Origin: an uncultured bacterium
GTDB lineage: Bacteria > Krumholzibacteriota > Krumholzibacteriia > Krumholzibacteriales > Krumholzibacteriaceae
Length of the DNA: 64,000 bases
Reading direction: 5' to 3'
Assembly: GCA_965371515.1 (NCBI GenBank)
Contig: CBDUYR010000002.1
Location: 1-64,000, forward strand
A program made the position numbers and the translations under genes. The notes under the pieces are model-generated. The model saw nothing but the letters and a program-made list of their open reading frames with translations. It searched no databases and had not been told where the DNA came from. The first letter of the stretch is position 1. Each line of letters starts with the position of its first letter. Positions 29,615 through 38,620 of the stretch are shown in pieces.

Positions 29615-30379
29615 TTATACCCGCCTGTATATGAACTCGGGGATATAGTATGTTTTTCTGTTCAGCACTGTCCCGAGAAATCTTCCGTCGAGCTTCTCGA
29701 TCATAAGCATAGCCCGCTTTATGACCTCGCGCTTCGTCTTGCCTGACTGCACGACTATCACGGTACCTGATGCGTACGAACCGATAATCGGCGTCTCGGG
29801 CGCCTCAAGGACGGCGGAAGTATCGATCAGGACATAATCGTACATCTCTCTTGTCGTGTGGATGAAGGTTGACATCTTCTCCGAGTTGAACAGAGGCTGT
29901 GTTATGTCAGCTCCCTTACTCTGACCGATCGTCACGATGTCGAGGAACCCCTCGTCGACATTCTTGACGACTTCTTCGAGAGTTGCGCTTCCGGCGAGGT
30001 AGTCGAGCATCCCCATGTCGTTCTTCATCCCGAACAACGCATGGATCTCAGGATTGAGAACGGCGCAGTCGGCGAGCAGCACACGGTCGACCTCGCCCAG
30101 TGCCAGCATCCTGGCAAGGAATGACACTATCGTCGTCTTCCCCTCGCCGGCGATTGCAGATGTGAACACGATCACTCTGAAATCGTTGTTCTTCAATTCC
30201 GAATCGATCGAGTTTCTCAGTGTCCTCAGCCCGCGCTTGAAGTTCTCATCGACTCCACGGAGAAAAGTGCCCCCTTTTTTGTCCCCCGGATTGCGTCGTA
30301 CGCGCAACTGTCTCTTTTTTCGGGGAGCTCCCGATTTTTTTATCTCGGCTTTTCTCATCGCGTCGAAGATCTTGCTCAC
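29615..30379 (-). CDS. CpsD/CapB-type bacterial tyrosine kinase (Wzc C-terminal module)
   Basis: TSAIAGEGKT Walker A, VLLAD, VLIDT Walker B, G.VLN, C-terminal tyrosines YYIPEFIY. Confidence 0.88.
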   Translation of the reverse strand: MSKIFDAMRKAEIKKSGAPRKKRQLRVRRNPGDKKGGTFLRGVDENFKRGLRTLRNSIDSELKNNDFRVIVFTSAIAGEGKTTIVSFLARMLALGEVDRVLLADCAVLNPEIHALFGMKNDMGMLDYLAGSATLEEVVKNVDEGFLDIVTIGQSKGADITQPLFNSEKMSTFIHTTREMYDYVLIDTSAVLEAPETPIIGSYASGTVIVVQSGKTKREVIKRAMLMIEKLDGRFLGTVLNRKTYYIPEFIYRRV

Positions 30380-30397
30380 AGCGACTTCCCTCCGGGA

Positions 30398-31243
30398 TCA
30401 CATCGGCCTGTTGCGTCTCTGGGTGACAGGCGCTTCCTTGTTCTCGAGATCCCTGATTCCCTCCCGGACGATGCGTCCGTCGATTGTCCTCGTATTCGAT
30501 ACGAAGCCTATCAGAAGAGCTCTGTCGCAGAGGACATTGATCAGCCTCGGAGTGCCCCCGGAGTAATGGTATATCTCGTCCATCGCGTCATGCGTGAATA
30601 CCGCGCCCCCGTTATGGTTTCCCGCGACCTCCAGCCTGAATTCGATGTATTTCTCGAGATCCTCCCTGCTGAGGATCGATATCCTGCATATTCCGGGAAT
30701 GCGCTGCCTCAGCTGGCGCATCTCGTTGAGATTAAGCATCGTCTCGAGTTCCGGTTGTCCGACGAGCATTATCTGTATCAGCTTCCGGTCGTGGGTTTCA
30801 AGGTTCGAGAGCATCCGAAGCTCCTCGAGAACGTCAGGAGTCAGATTCTGCGCCTCGTCGATGATCAGAACAGTGTTCCTGTTCTTCTGGTACTGCTCGA
30901 TCAGAAACTTGTTCAGCGTCAACAGCATCTGCGCTTTGTTCTGTCCCTCCACTTCCAGTTCGAAATAATTGCATACGAGATAGAGGAGCTGGTCGAAAGG
31001 AAATTTCGTCGTGAATACGAAAACAACCTCCAGCGAGAGCTGGAACAGGTCTATAAACGTTTTTACCACCGTCGTTTTCCCTACGCCCACTTCTCCGGTG
31101 ACCGCGATGAATCCCTTCTTCTGGAAAATTCCGTAGGTGATATATGCAAGCGCATCCCTGTGACTCGTGCTCCTGTACAGAAACCTTGGGTCAGGCGTGA
31201 CGTTGAAGGGAAGCTCCTTGAAACCGAAATATTCTTCGTACAT
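30398..31243 (-). CDS. ExeA/GspA-like AAA ATPase (type found in PEP-CTERM/EPS loci)
   Basis: MYEEYFGFKELPF..TPDPRFLY, GEVGVGKT, IIDEAQ, LVGQPEL, LRQRI, GTPRLIN.LCD. Confidence 0.9.
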   Translation of the reverse strand: MYEEYFGFKELPFNVTPDPRFLYRSTSHRDALAYITYGIFQKKGFIAVTGEVGVGKTTVVKTFIDLFQLSLEVVFVFTTKFPFDQLLYLVCNYFELEVEGQNKAQMLLTLNKFLIEQYQKNRNTVLIIDEAQNLTPDVLEELRMLSNLETHDRKLIQIMLVGQPELETMLNLNEMRQLRQRIPGICRISILSREDLEKYIEFRLEVAGNHNGGAVFTHDAMDEIYHYSGGTPRLINVLCDRALLIGFVSNTRTIDGRIVREGIRDLENKEAPVTQRRNRPM

Positions 31244-31248
31244 GGTAT

Positions 31249-32616
31249 TTACTGCTCGGAGTCAGGAAAACTCGCCAGCACCTGGCATCCGAGCGTCTCC
31301 TCTGCCTCGGCCACGTTCTTGATGGAATGGTCGAGATTATCAACAAAAAATGCAAATCCCAACGCCACGACGAGACTGAACATGGGTCCGAGAGCCATCC
31401 TGACGTAATCTCTTGTCTTTTTCTGGTATGCTGGCGCTGCGGGCGAAAGGATGGTGACGTTCCACTCCGGATTGCTCGCCACCGATATCCTCGCGTTCAT
31501 ATGCTGCTTCGAAAGTTCTCTGAACTCGGTCTCGGCCTGTTCAAGATCTGTATTGATCTCGTGGAGTTCGACCTCTTTCGCGGGGAATGATTCCTTCTCG
31601 AGTTCGAGCTCATCGACCATTTTGGCCAGAGACCTCTCTTTTGTCTTCAATATGTCGAGCTTCGCCACGCTGACAGTCGAGAACGAGGCAAGCTCCTTGT
31701 CCATGTAGTAGTAGAGATCCTCGATCTGCTTGCGGACCTTCTTGAGTTCCTTGTGTGCCGCCGTATACCTCACGGACAGTTCCGATTCCTCGAGGCGCAA
31801 CTCCATCAGCTTGTTGGTGTATCTCTCTATTGCTGACTGCTTCGGGGCATCCTGCGTCAGAGTATTGGACAGAGCCGCCTGCTCATCGATATCGAGATCC
31901 CTGAAGCTTTCGAGCTTCTTGATTATCGCTTCCTTCTCCCTGATCTCCTGGCGGGCTTCTTCGAGCTCGATCAGATATCTGTCAAGCCTGTTCAGTATCG
32001 AAATCTGCTGGTGCTTCAGGTCGATGATACGCCACTCGGTCCCGAACCGGGCCTTCCTCTTCCGCAGGTGGTCTATCCTCTCCTGCAGACCTGACAGCTC
32101 TTCCATGAAGAAATCTTCCATCTCGGGAGGAGCCCTCACGGTGAGATAATATTCCTTGTACGAATTGAGGACCGCGTCGGTCGCAGCCCTGCAGAAGATG
32201 GGATCTCTCGAAATATAATTGACCCACAGTACGTTTGACGTGCCAACGACACCGGATTCGACACTGCTCACGTACAGTCTTTCATCGCTGGAATAACCCT
32301 CGGGGAACATGTCTTCGACTATCTCCCGCGCCCTGCCGACAACAATCTCGGACTTGATCATTTCGATCTGCGAGGCGATCTCCTCTTCCCAGGTCAGTAC
32401 CCTCACGTAGGGATTGAAAACGCCGGTAGCCTCTCCGCGCTGCACCATGAGCCTGCCCGACGAAGCATAGACCGCCGGCTCTTTCATGTTCATTATGAAG
32501 ACTACCGCGGTGGCCACGACCACGATGCCGATTATCATCCACTTCCTGCGGAAGATCACCTCGAGGAAATCCTTTACGGTCGATTCTTTGCTTGTCGTGA
32601 GGTTCTTCTCGTCCAT
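31249..32616 (-). CDS. Polysaccharide co-polymerase / chain-length determinant (Wzz/GumC, Wzc N-terminal module)
   Basis: N-terminal RRKW + TM, P.Y, long coiled coil, C-terminal TM then D.SIK...E..LG..VLA..P. Confidence 0.85.
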   Translation of the reverse strand: MDEKNLTTSKESTVKDFLEVIFRRKWMIIGIVVVATAVVFIMNMKEPAVYASSGRLMVQRGEATGVFNPYVRVLTWEEEIASQIEMIKSEIVVGRAREIVEDMFPEGYSSDERLYVSSVESGVVGTSNVLWVNYISRDPIFCRAATDAVLNSYKEYYLTVRAPPEMEDFFMEELSGLQERIDHLRKRKARFGTEWRIIDLKHQQISILNRLDRYLIELEEARQEIREKEAIIKKLESFRDLDIDEQAALSNTLTQDAPKQSAIERYTNKLMELRLEESELSVRYTAAHKELKKVRKQIEDLYYYMDKELASFSTVSVAKLDILKTKERSLAKMVDELELEKESFPAKEVELHEINTDLEQAETEFRELSKQHMNARISVASNPEWNVTILSPAAPAYQKKTRDYVRMALGPMFSLVVALGFAFFVDNLDHSIKNVAEAEETLGCQVLASFPDSEQ

Positions 32617-32625
32617 ACCGCTACC

Positions 32626-33417
32626 TTACAAGCCCCTCGTGTAATATTCGTACAGGACCCCAGCGTTGGCGATCTGCCAGCCTTTGAGGTAAACATCCAA
32701 GGGTCTCCCGATGATGGTCCACAGTCTGTCGATGAACTGCTCGGTTGTCGCTATCCTCGACTTGGGTACAAATATGATGTCAAAAGGCTCCAGTGGAACG
32801 TCGAGTGAAAAATCGTTCTTTGTCAGTATCGCGTCGATGTTTACCTCTATTCCGACAATGTGATTCTCCCCGACGCGTCTTATGACCAGTACGTTGCTCT
32901 TACGCGCATCATTCGTGTAACCGTTTCCGATGGCAAGTGCCTGCATGAGTGTCATATTGCGAACATAATCGTAGTTGCCCGGATTCCCCACCTCACCAAG
33001 AACATAGACCCTCTGCGGCAGGAAATCCTTCACGATCACGGTTATATGGGGGTCGACGATGATCTCGGAGAATTTCTCGGTCAGTAAGGTGTCGAGGCTG
33101 GAGGGCGTCATGCCGGCTATAAACATCTCCCCGGCATATGGATACGATATTCTACCATCAGGCCGTACCTTCATCGATTGCCTGGAATACTTGCTCTCGT
33201 AGAGAAATACCACGTCGAGGACGTCGCCGTAGCCGATATAATAACTGTCGGCTTCCGGAGCGGCCGGAACGCTGTCGGGATTCAGCTCCGACCAGGTGAT
33301 CTCGCCGTCAATCTGGTCGTAGACTCGACTCTTGTTTGCTCCACAACCGGCAGATACTGCGACTGCCAGAAGCAGTGCAGTTAACATGTTGTAAAAACGG
33401 ATTCTTCGACCTTTCAT
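32626..33417 (-). CDS. wza: Polysaccharide export outer-membrane lipoprotein (Wza/OPX)
   Basis: Lipobox VSAGC, YYIGYGDVL, VRPDGRISYP.AG...AG.T, VYVLGEV.NPG, TL.QAL...G. Confidence 0.9.
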   Translation of the reverse strand: MKGRRIRFYNMLTALLLAVAVSAGCGANKSRVYDQIDGEITWSELNPDSVPAAPEADSYYIGYGDVLDVVFLYESKYSRQSMKVRPDGRISYPYAGEMFIAGMTPSSLDTLLTEKFSEIIVDPHITVIVKDFLPQRVYVLGEVGNPGNYDYVRNMTLMQALAIGNGYTNDARKSNVLVIRRVGENHIVGIEVNIDAILTKNDFSLDVPLEPFDIIFVPKSRIATTEQFIDRLWTIIGRPLDVYLKGWQIANAGVLYEYYTRGL

Positions 33418-33515
33418 CTCAGTGACCCCTGCACAGGATCCTACCGTAATCGTAAAATCTGCTTAACCGGCGAGAACTTAACCTCTTAGGTACAATATTT
33501 CAATCAAGTTTTAGG

Positions 33516-33530
33516 GCAAGAATAGTGCCA
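33516..33530 (-). promoter_or_regulatory. Sigma-54 (-24/-12) promoter upstream of wza
   Basis: Minus strand TGGCAC-TATTC-TTGC, an exact GG-N10-GC spacing, about 100 nt upstream of wza. Confidence 0.7.
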
Positions 33531-33534
33531 GAAA

Positions 33535-34230
33535 TCAATAGGCCCCTTTCCTGGCTATCACGGCTGGAATAGTTTTGAGAATGATCTTCGTATCCGTAAC
33601 AAGGCTTCTGTTGCGGATATATTCCAGATCGAGTCTCATCCACTCCTGGAATCCGATATGGCTCCTGCCAGCAATCTGCCAGTAGCATGTGATTCCTGGA
33701 GTTACATCCAATCGTCTTCTCTGCCAGGGAAGGTACTGTGAGACCTCAGATGGGAGATTGGGACGCGGACCTACGATACTCATGTCACCCTTGAGCACGT
33801 TGAGCAGCTGTGGGAGTTCATCGAAGCTCGACTGTCTCAGGAACCTGCCCGTGCCGGTGACCCTTGGGTCCTTCTTCAGCTTGAAAACGGGTCCGTCGAC
33901 GCCGCTGAGGGGCCTGAGAGACGCTATGATGTTCTCCGCCCCAACGTGCATCGAGCGAAACTTGTAGAAAACGAACTCCCGACCGTCCTTTCCTACTCTC
34001 TTCTGCCTGAAGAGTACGGGGCCGGGAGAATCGAGCTTGATAAGGAGCACTATTACGGGTATCACCGGAAGGAACAGGATCAGTATCAGTAAAGCTACAG
34101 CGATGTCCGTAAATCTCTTGAAGATGCCGAAGCTCCTCTTTCTCTCGGCGGTGAGGCTGTAGGCGGGATCTTCGACCATGGAGCTCGCGGGCTCTGTGAT
34201 AAGTTCTTTCATTTCGGGGTACCCAGTCAT
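33535..34230 (-). CDS. Polyprenol-phosphate phosphoglycosyltransferase (priming sugar transferase)
   Basis: KRFTD + TM, DSPGPV.F.Q.RVG, KFRSM, DPRVT..G.FLR..S.DELPQ, VGPRP, PGIT..WQ..GRS. Confidence 0.93.
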   Translation of the reverse strand: MTGYPEMKELITEPASSMVEDPAYSLTAERKRSFGIFKRFTDIAVALLILILFLPVIPVIVLLIKLDSPGPVLFRQKRVGKDGREFVFYKFRSMHVGAENIIASLRPLSGVDGPVFKLKKDPRVTGTGRFLRQSSFDELPQLLNVLKGDMSIVGPRPNLPSEVSQYLPWQRRRLDVTPGITCYWQIAGRSHIGFQEWMRLDLEYIRNRSLVTDTKIILKTIPAVIARKGAY

Positions 34231-34239
34231 TGCTCCTCC

Positions 34240-34273
34240 AAAAAAACCCGGGTCTGATCTTTCAGCCCGGGTT
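34240..34273 (-). terminator. Intrinsic terminator in the 5' leader of the priming sugar transferase
   Basis: Minus strand AACCCGGG-CTGA-AAGA-TCAG-A-CCCGGG followed by T7, then immediately GGAGGAG RBS and ATG 34230. Confidence 0.75.
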
Positions 34274-34302
34274 CCAGCGCATAAAAAAACTGCTGCAGAA
34301 AC

Positions 34303-34374
34303 TCACTTCACGAATATCGTGTTGCCAAAGCTGAAGTAAATATCTATAGCAGACTTCTCTAAGTACACCTCCAT
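34303..34374 (-). CDS. Putative 23-aa leader peptide MEVYLEKSAIDIYFSFGNTIFVK
   Basis: ATG 34374 to TGA 34303, between a predicted promoter and the leader terminator; no homology evidence. Confidence 0.35.
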   Translation of the reverse strand: MEVYLEKSAIDIYFSFGNTIFVK

Positions 34375-34385
34375 GTACAAAACAC

Positions 34386-34415
34386 ATATTAGCATAAAAC
34401 GGTGCGCATTGTCAA
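34386..34415 (-). promoter_or_regulatory. Sigma-70 promoter for the leader/sugar transferase transcript
   Basis: Minus strand TTGACA-18 nt-TAATAT, with an extended TG just upstream of the -10. Confidence 0.55.
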
Positions 34416-34489
34416 TAGATATGTTCAGCCCCTGCCCTGTGATTACAGCTGTTTGAGTATATTTCGAGGAACGGCCGGAAAAGCAGCCG

Positions 34490-35437
34490 TTACGTGAGCA
34501 GTGCCGAGTAGATCAGCGGGATCATTATCTCGTGATGGCCGGTAAGCGATATCGCATCTCCGCCGAAGGCAGCAGGCCTTGCGAGGACGTTCTCTCCGGG
34601 ACGGTAATGGCCTATCATGTCCAGATTGCAGGCGGTTATCCCCTCGAAGCCTGCGCCCAGGTTCCTAGCGACACTCAGCGCCTTGAGGAATACTTCCGGC
34701 AGTATCACGGCGGAACCTGCGTTGACGATAACGCCGCCGTTCTCCCCCAGCGCACGCACCCTCGCGGCAAATATCCTGAAGTCCCTTGCGGAAAGCTCGC
34801 CCCAGATGGACCCGTCGAAACCGGGGTGCTGAACGACGATATCGGTACCGACAGCCACGTGGACGGTGACTGGCACCTTCTCGATCGCGGCCCTCGATGT
34901 GATGCTGACATCCCTGTAGGGGGCATCGCTCGCGGCGATGAACCTCCCGACCGCCTCTCCCAGGCCGAGGTCCTCAGCCGCTCCCCTGTCGACCGCTTCG
35001 AAGAGGAGCCCGGCAGTCTCCTCAGCGAAACCGAATTCGCCCTTCTCTAGCTGTGCCGTCACGTCCTCCGACGTCTTCCCGAAGAACGCCAGCTCGAGGT
35101 CGTGGATGATCCCCGCACCGTTGAGGGCAAGGGCGGTCACATAACCCCTCTTCATCATGTCTGCCAGGTAGGGAGACAGGCCGCACTTGATGACGTGGGC
35201 ACCGGCCATCCAGATCAACTCGCGTCCCTTCGCCGATCGTGCCCTCCGCATGGCGAGCGTCAGCTTCCTGAGCCGGCTGACCGCCAGCTGGTCGGGCAGC
35301 GAATCGAGCCATTTCCTGAACGCCTTGCCGCCCTTGACGGGACTCCCCATCATGTCGACGGTGACCTTGCTCTCCCGTTCGGAGATCGGCGACGTCCTGA
35401 CATTGCTGAGATCGATCTCTTCGTATTTGCTTGCCAT
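34490..35437 (-). CDS. Uncharacterised protein resembling the deoxyhypusine-synthase-like fold (GSU2086-like family)
   Basis: GAHVIKCG, NGAGIIHD, LGLGEAVG, HVAVGTDI, GSAVILPEVFLKAL, GHHEIMIPL. Confidence 0.6.
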   Translation of the reverse strand: MASKYEEIDLSNVRTSPISERESKVTVDMMGSPVKGGKAFRKWLDSLPDQLAVSRLRKLTLAMRRARSAKGRELIWMAGAHVIKCGLSPYLADMMKRGYVTALALNGAGIIHDLELAFFGKTSEDVTAQLEKGEFGFAEETAGLLFEAVDRGAAEDLGLGEAVGRFIAASDAPYRDVSITSRAAIEKVPVTVHVAVGTDIVVQHPGFDGSIWGELSARDFRIFAARVRALGENGGVIVNAGSAVILPEVFLKALSVARNLGAGFEGITACNLDMIGHYRPGENVLARPAAFGGDAISLTGHHEIMIPLIYSALLT

Positions 35438-36324
35438 CAGCGGGATGACCCTTCCGATTCGAGGATTCGCGGCTCGTCCGAGGTCAGCGTATATTCCTTC
35501 AGCACCGCCTCGAAAGAGCCCACGACCACTTTCGACCGCATGAGCACGGGCATCCGGACGTTATCATCGGTCAGCCATATTGTCAACTTTCCCTTATTCT
35601 CAAAGATCGCGCTCGTTTCGAGCACCGGTTCGATCACGAGGCAGTCGAACTCGCCGGCCTGTACCTTGATCCGTTCCCTGCGCAGCGCCTTTATGAAGAT
35701 CGGGTAGTTTTTCCCGTCCGAATGGTTCGCCATCCAGACCGCCTGACCAGGTTCCAGTGGGAACGTCCTCACGTAATAAAACGCAGATATGAAATCCTGC
35801 GTGTTCGGAGGTATGCCTACCTGCCTGTCGGGATATATGGCGAGGTGTTTCGCCTGGTCGAAATCAACCTCCTTGTCCCTCCTGAACTTGCCCTCCCTGA
35901 TGTGCTTCTCGAATCTCAGCGAGTAGAGAAATTCCTTGTCCATGAACGACTCGTGCCTGTCCCTCACCTTGTACATCATGTCGAACGTCTTGTTCGTTCT
36001 CGCGGTCGATACGAGATGGTATGCCTGTCGGCCGTTCAGCTCGGCGTCGCTGCGGACCTCGAGGGTCGCGTCGCCGGCGTGGATAAGTCCGTACTGGATC
36101 GCGAAGAGAAAATACTCCCCCTCGCCGAACGGCACCCTGTCGGGCACGGGTTGAACAAGCTCGAAACCCTTGATCATCTCGTAGCCATGATCAGCGCCGC
36201 TCGTCGTCACGACATGAGCGGTTTCCTGTGCCCTTGCATCCACTGAATAATGACCGGAATAGAGGACAGAAAGTGTAAGCAGGAGGATAATCGGAATCTT
36301 GCTCTTCTTGATGTCATTTATCAT
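35437..36324 (-). CDS. DUF3108-like exported beta-rich protein
   Basis: Signal peptide, PF..GE...F.I.YG.I.AG.A.L, KVRD, V.AG.FDC..I.P, IWLTDD..R.PV. Confidence 0.7.
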   Translation of the reverse strand: MINDIKKSKIPIILLLTLSVLYSGHYSVDARAQETAHVVTTSGADHGYEMIKGFELVQPVPDRVPFGEGEYFLFAIQYGLIHAGDATLEVRSDAELNGRQAYHLVSTARTNKTFDMMYKVRDRHESFMDKEFLYSLRFEKHIREGKFRRDKEVDFDQAKHLAIYPDRQVGIPPNTQDFISAFYYVRTFPLEPGQAVWMANHSDGKNYPIFIKALRRERIKVQAGEFDCLVIEPVLETSAIFENKGKLTIWLTDDNVRMPVLMRSKVVVGSFEAVLKEYTLTSDEPRILESEGSSR

Positions 36325-36434
36325 GTCATTCTCCTAATATCCTATCACCATATCAAATAACGCCTAGTGTGATATTTTGCCGTCCGTCACGTAACTTATC
36401 CTGCTATCTATTACTGCAAGTGCCGTGCTCGAAA

Positions 36435-37526
36435 TCACCCGCTGCCGTCTCTCGCTGCTGCGAGCACCCTGCCGTATACATCGAGGGTCCCGTTCACCAT
36501 CCTCTCTACATCGAACAGAAGTACCCTTTCCGCCGCCCTCGAGGAGTACTCTTCTCTCGCTTTACGATCGGAGGCGAGATTCCCGAGAGCATCGGCCAGC
36601 CCTTTCGGATCCCCGGGTTCGAAGAGAAGAGCCGCGTCCTCCCCTGTCACCTCAGGGATACCCCCTGCCCTGCTCGCAACGCATGGCAGTCCAGCTGCCA
36701 TCGCGGCCATCAGCCCGGTCGACAGGCCCTCTTCGAGAGAGGGCAGCACGTATATGTCGAGAGCCTTGAGGAACGACTCCAGGGGGAGATCGTCTCCAGT
36801 ACGGAAGATCCCAGTATCGAGTCCGCGCTTCGAAGCTTCTGAAACAATCGAATCCTCGAGCCTTCCCCTGCCGGCCAGGATAAAACGCATCCGCACGCCT
36901 CTCGATTCGAGTATCGCAGCAGCCTCGAGCAGGACTGCGTGTCCCTTCTCCTCCTCGAAGGCCGCCACCGTCCCGACAAGAAGGCGCTCCCCTTCCACCC
37001 CGAGTCTCTTCCTCGTATCCGGATCCCTCACTGCCGATCCGAATCTGGCAATGTCTATACCACTATGTACGATCGTCATCTTCTCATCGGGGACTCCCCT
37101 GAGCCGTAGGCTCCGGGCTGCCGCTTCCGATATGGGGATATATTGCGCCACTCCCTTTCCGTATTTCAGTATGGACGCGGGTCCCCTGCCGCCACCGAAC
37201 GTGGTTCTCCTGCTAACAACGAGAGGCACAATCCCGGCGCATGCAGCCAGTGCGTGGGTGTGAGCCTTCGAAGTCTGGGCATGTACGAGGTCTGGACCCC
37301 ATCGGGAGATGAATCTCCTCAGACGAAGGGGTGTCGTAAAAGGCAGCGTCTCGAAGCGGGCCTCCAGCAATTCGCTGCCCGCTGGCAACGCCGCCGCCAA
37401 CTCCGAGCCATTGCGAACGGCAAAGGCCGTCTCGATGCCGCGGCCGCGCAGCCGCAGTCCCAGCTCGAGGGTCTGGCTCTCTCCTCCGCGCATCGTCTTC
37501 GCGCTGTTTACGAGGAGTACTCTCAC
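36435..37526 (-). CDS. GT4 glycosyltransferase
   Basis: RGGE.Q, VHAQTS, HSGID, EKGH, EGL....AAMAAGLP. Confidence 0.88.
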   Translation of the reverse strand: MRVLLVNSAKTMRGGESQTLELGLRLRGRGIETAFAVRNGSELAAALPAGSELLEARFETLPFTTPLRLRRFISRWGPDLVHAQTSKAHTHALAACAGIVPLVVSRRTTFGGGRGPASILKYGKGVAQYIPISEAAARSLRLRGVPDEKMTIVHSGIDIARFGSAVRDPDTRKRLGVEGERLLVGTVAAFEEEKGHAVLLEAAAILESRGVRMRFILAGRGRLEDSIVSEASKRGLDTGIFRTGDDLPLESFLKALDIYVLPSLEEGLSTGLMAAMAAGLPCVASRAGGIPEVTGEDAALLFEPGDPKGLADALGNLASDRKAREEYSSRAAERVLLFDVERMVNGTLDVYGRVLAAARDGSG

Positions 37527-38620
37527 GCTCCACCTTCCGGTTCGAGAATCCCGAGCAGCCTGGCAGCCACTTTTTCCGGGTTGTATTCCTCCCTGACCAG
37601 CCGGCCCCCTCTTTCGGCGATGGACGCGGCGAACCGCCTGTCCTCCCTCAAACGTTTCAGTTCACTGGCAAGCATCACCGCGTCCCCCGGCGGAACGCAT
37701 AAGAGATGCTCTCCAGGAATAAAGATCTCCCTTATCGCAGGAGTGTCTGCAGTCACTACCGGCCGGCCGCATGCCATCGCCTGATATACCTTGTTCGGGA
37801 TGACCATCCCTGTCTTGGGAGTCGTTCCGAAGATTCCGAGGACGGCGTCCGCTTCCGAGATCAGGCCGGGAAGCTCCTTTTCCGGCACGTTTCCGGAGAG
37901 CTCGAGCCTGTCTCCGTCGATCCCGTCTGCCCGCCTCCTGAACTCCTCCATCGTCTGCCCGCTCCCGACTATCCTGAACCGGAATCCGCTGTCGAGAAGA
38001 CGAGCTGCCTCTACTATCACGTCCGTCCCGTGAAGAGGCAGGAAAGAACCGTAAAACAGGACGCGGAAGACGCCGTCGTGTGTCCGCTCCGGGAATTGCC
38101 CGAAGACGGTATCATCGTATCCGAGGTAGAGAGTCCTCACCTTTCTCTCTTCCACGTCGAATTCACTTACATAGAAAGCAGCGTGAGCATCGGTATCTGC
38201 GAGGACCAGATCGGACATCTTCATCGTGATCCTGTCGATATTCCAGTTGTGCCTTGCCTGGGCGGAACCCTCCCCGGCATCGCCTCGATCGAGCACTCTC
38301 GTCTCATACCGAGAGACGAGCGGATCGAATATCAGCTGCCTGCGAGGCGAACGCGAGAGCAACCATGCGAGCGGTACGTCCTTGTGCCTGAAATCGGGAA
38401 CGAACAGAGGCGCGCCGCGCGCCGTCCCGGTAGTGAAAAACCTGGCCAGTAGAAGCGGATAACGGAACACGGCCCGTCTCGAACCATCCGCATGGCATGA
38501 CCGCACTTCGACGCCGAGCCGCTCGAGCCCCTTCCTTATGATCGCGTTTCTCGGATAATCCGGATCGTAGCCGCCGAAAAACACTATCTCGGTCGGTGGA
38601 GACTGTCTTCCAGGGTTCAT
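37523..38620 (-). CDS. GT4 glycosyltransferase (ATG 38620 inferred)
   Basis: YPRN, FYGSFLPLHG, LGIFG...K...VIPNKVYQAMACG; ATGA overlap and GGAGG upstream. Confidence 0.82.
   Translation of the reverse strand: MNPGRQSPPTEIVFFGGYDPDYPRNAIIRKGLERLGVEVRSCHADGSRRAVFRYPLLLARFFTTGTARGAPLFVPDFRHKDVPLAWLLSRSPRRQLIFDPLVSRYETRVLDRGDAGEGSAQARHNWNIDRITMKMSDLVLADTDAHAAFYVSEFDVEERKVRTLYLGYDDTVFGQFPERTHDGVFRVLFYGSFLPLHGTDVIVEAARLLDSGFRFRIVGSGQTMEEFRRRADGIDGDRLELSGNVPEKELPGLISEADAVLGIFGTTPKTGMVIPNKVYQAMACGRPVVTADTPAIREIFIPGEHLLCVPPGDAVMLASELKRLREDRRFAASIAERGGRLVREEYNPEKVAARLLGILEPEGGA

Noticed and set aside
36416..36430. Sigma-54-like GAGCACGGCACTTGC on the minus strand upstream of the DUF3108-like gene
   Set aside because: The invariant -24 GG is replaced by AG, so it is not supportable as a sigma-54 promoter.
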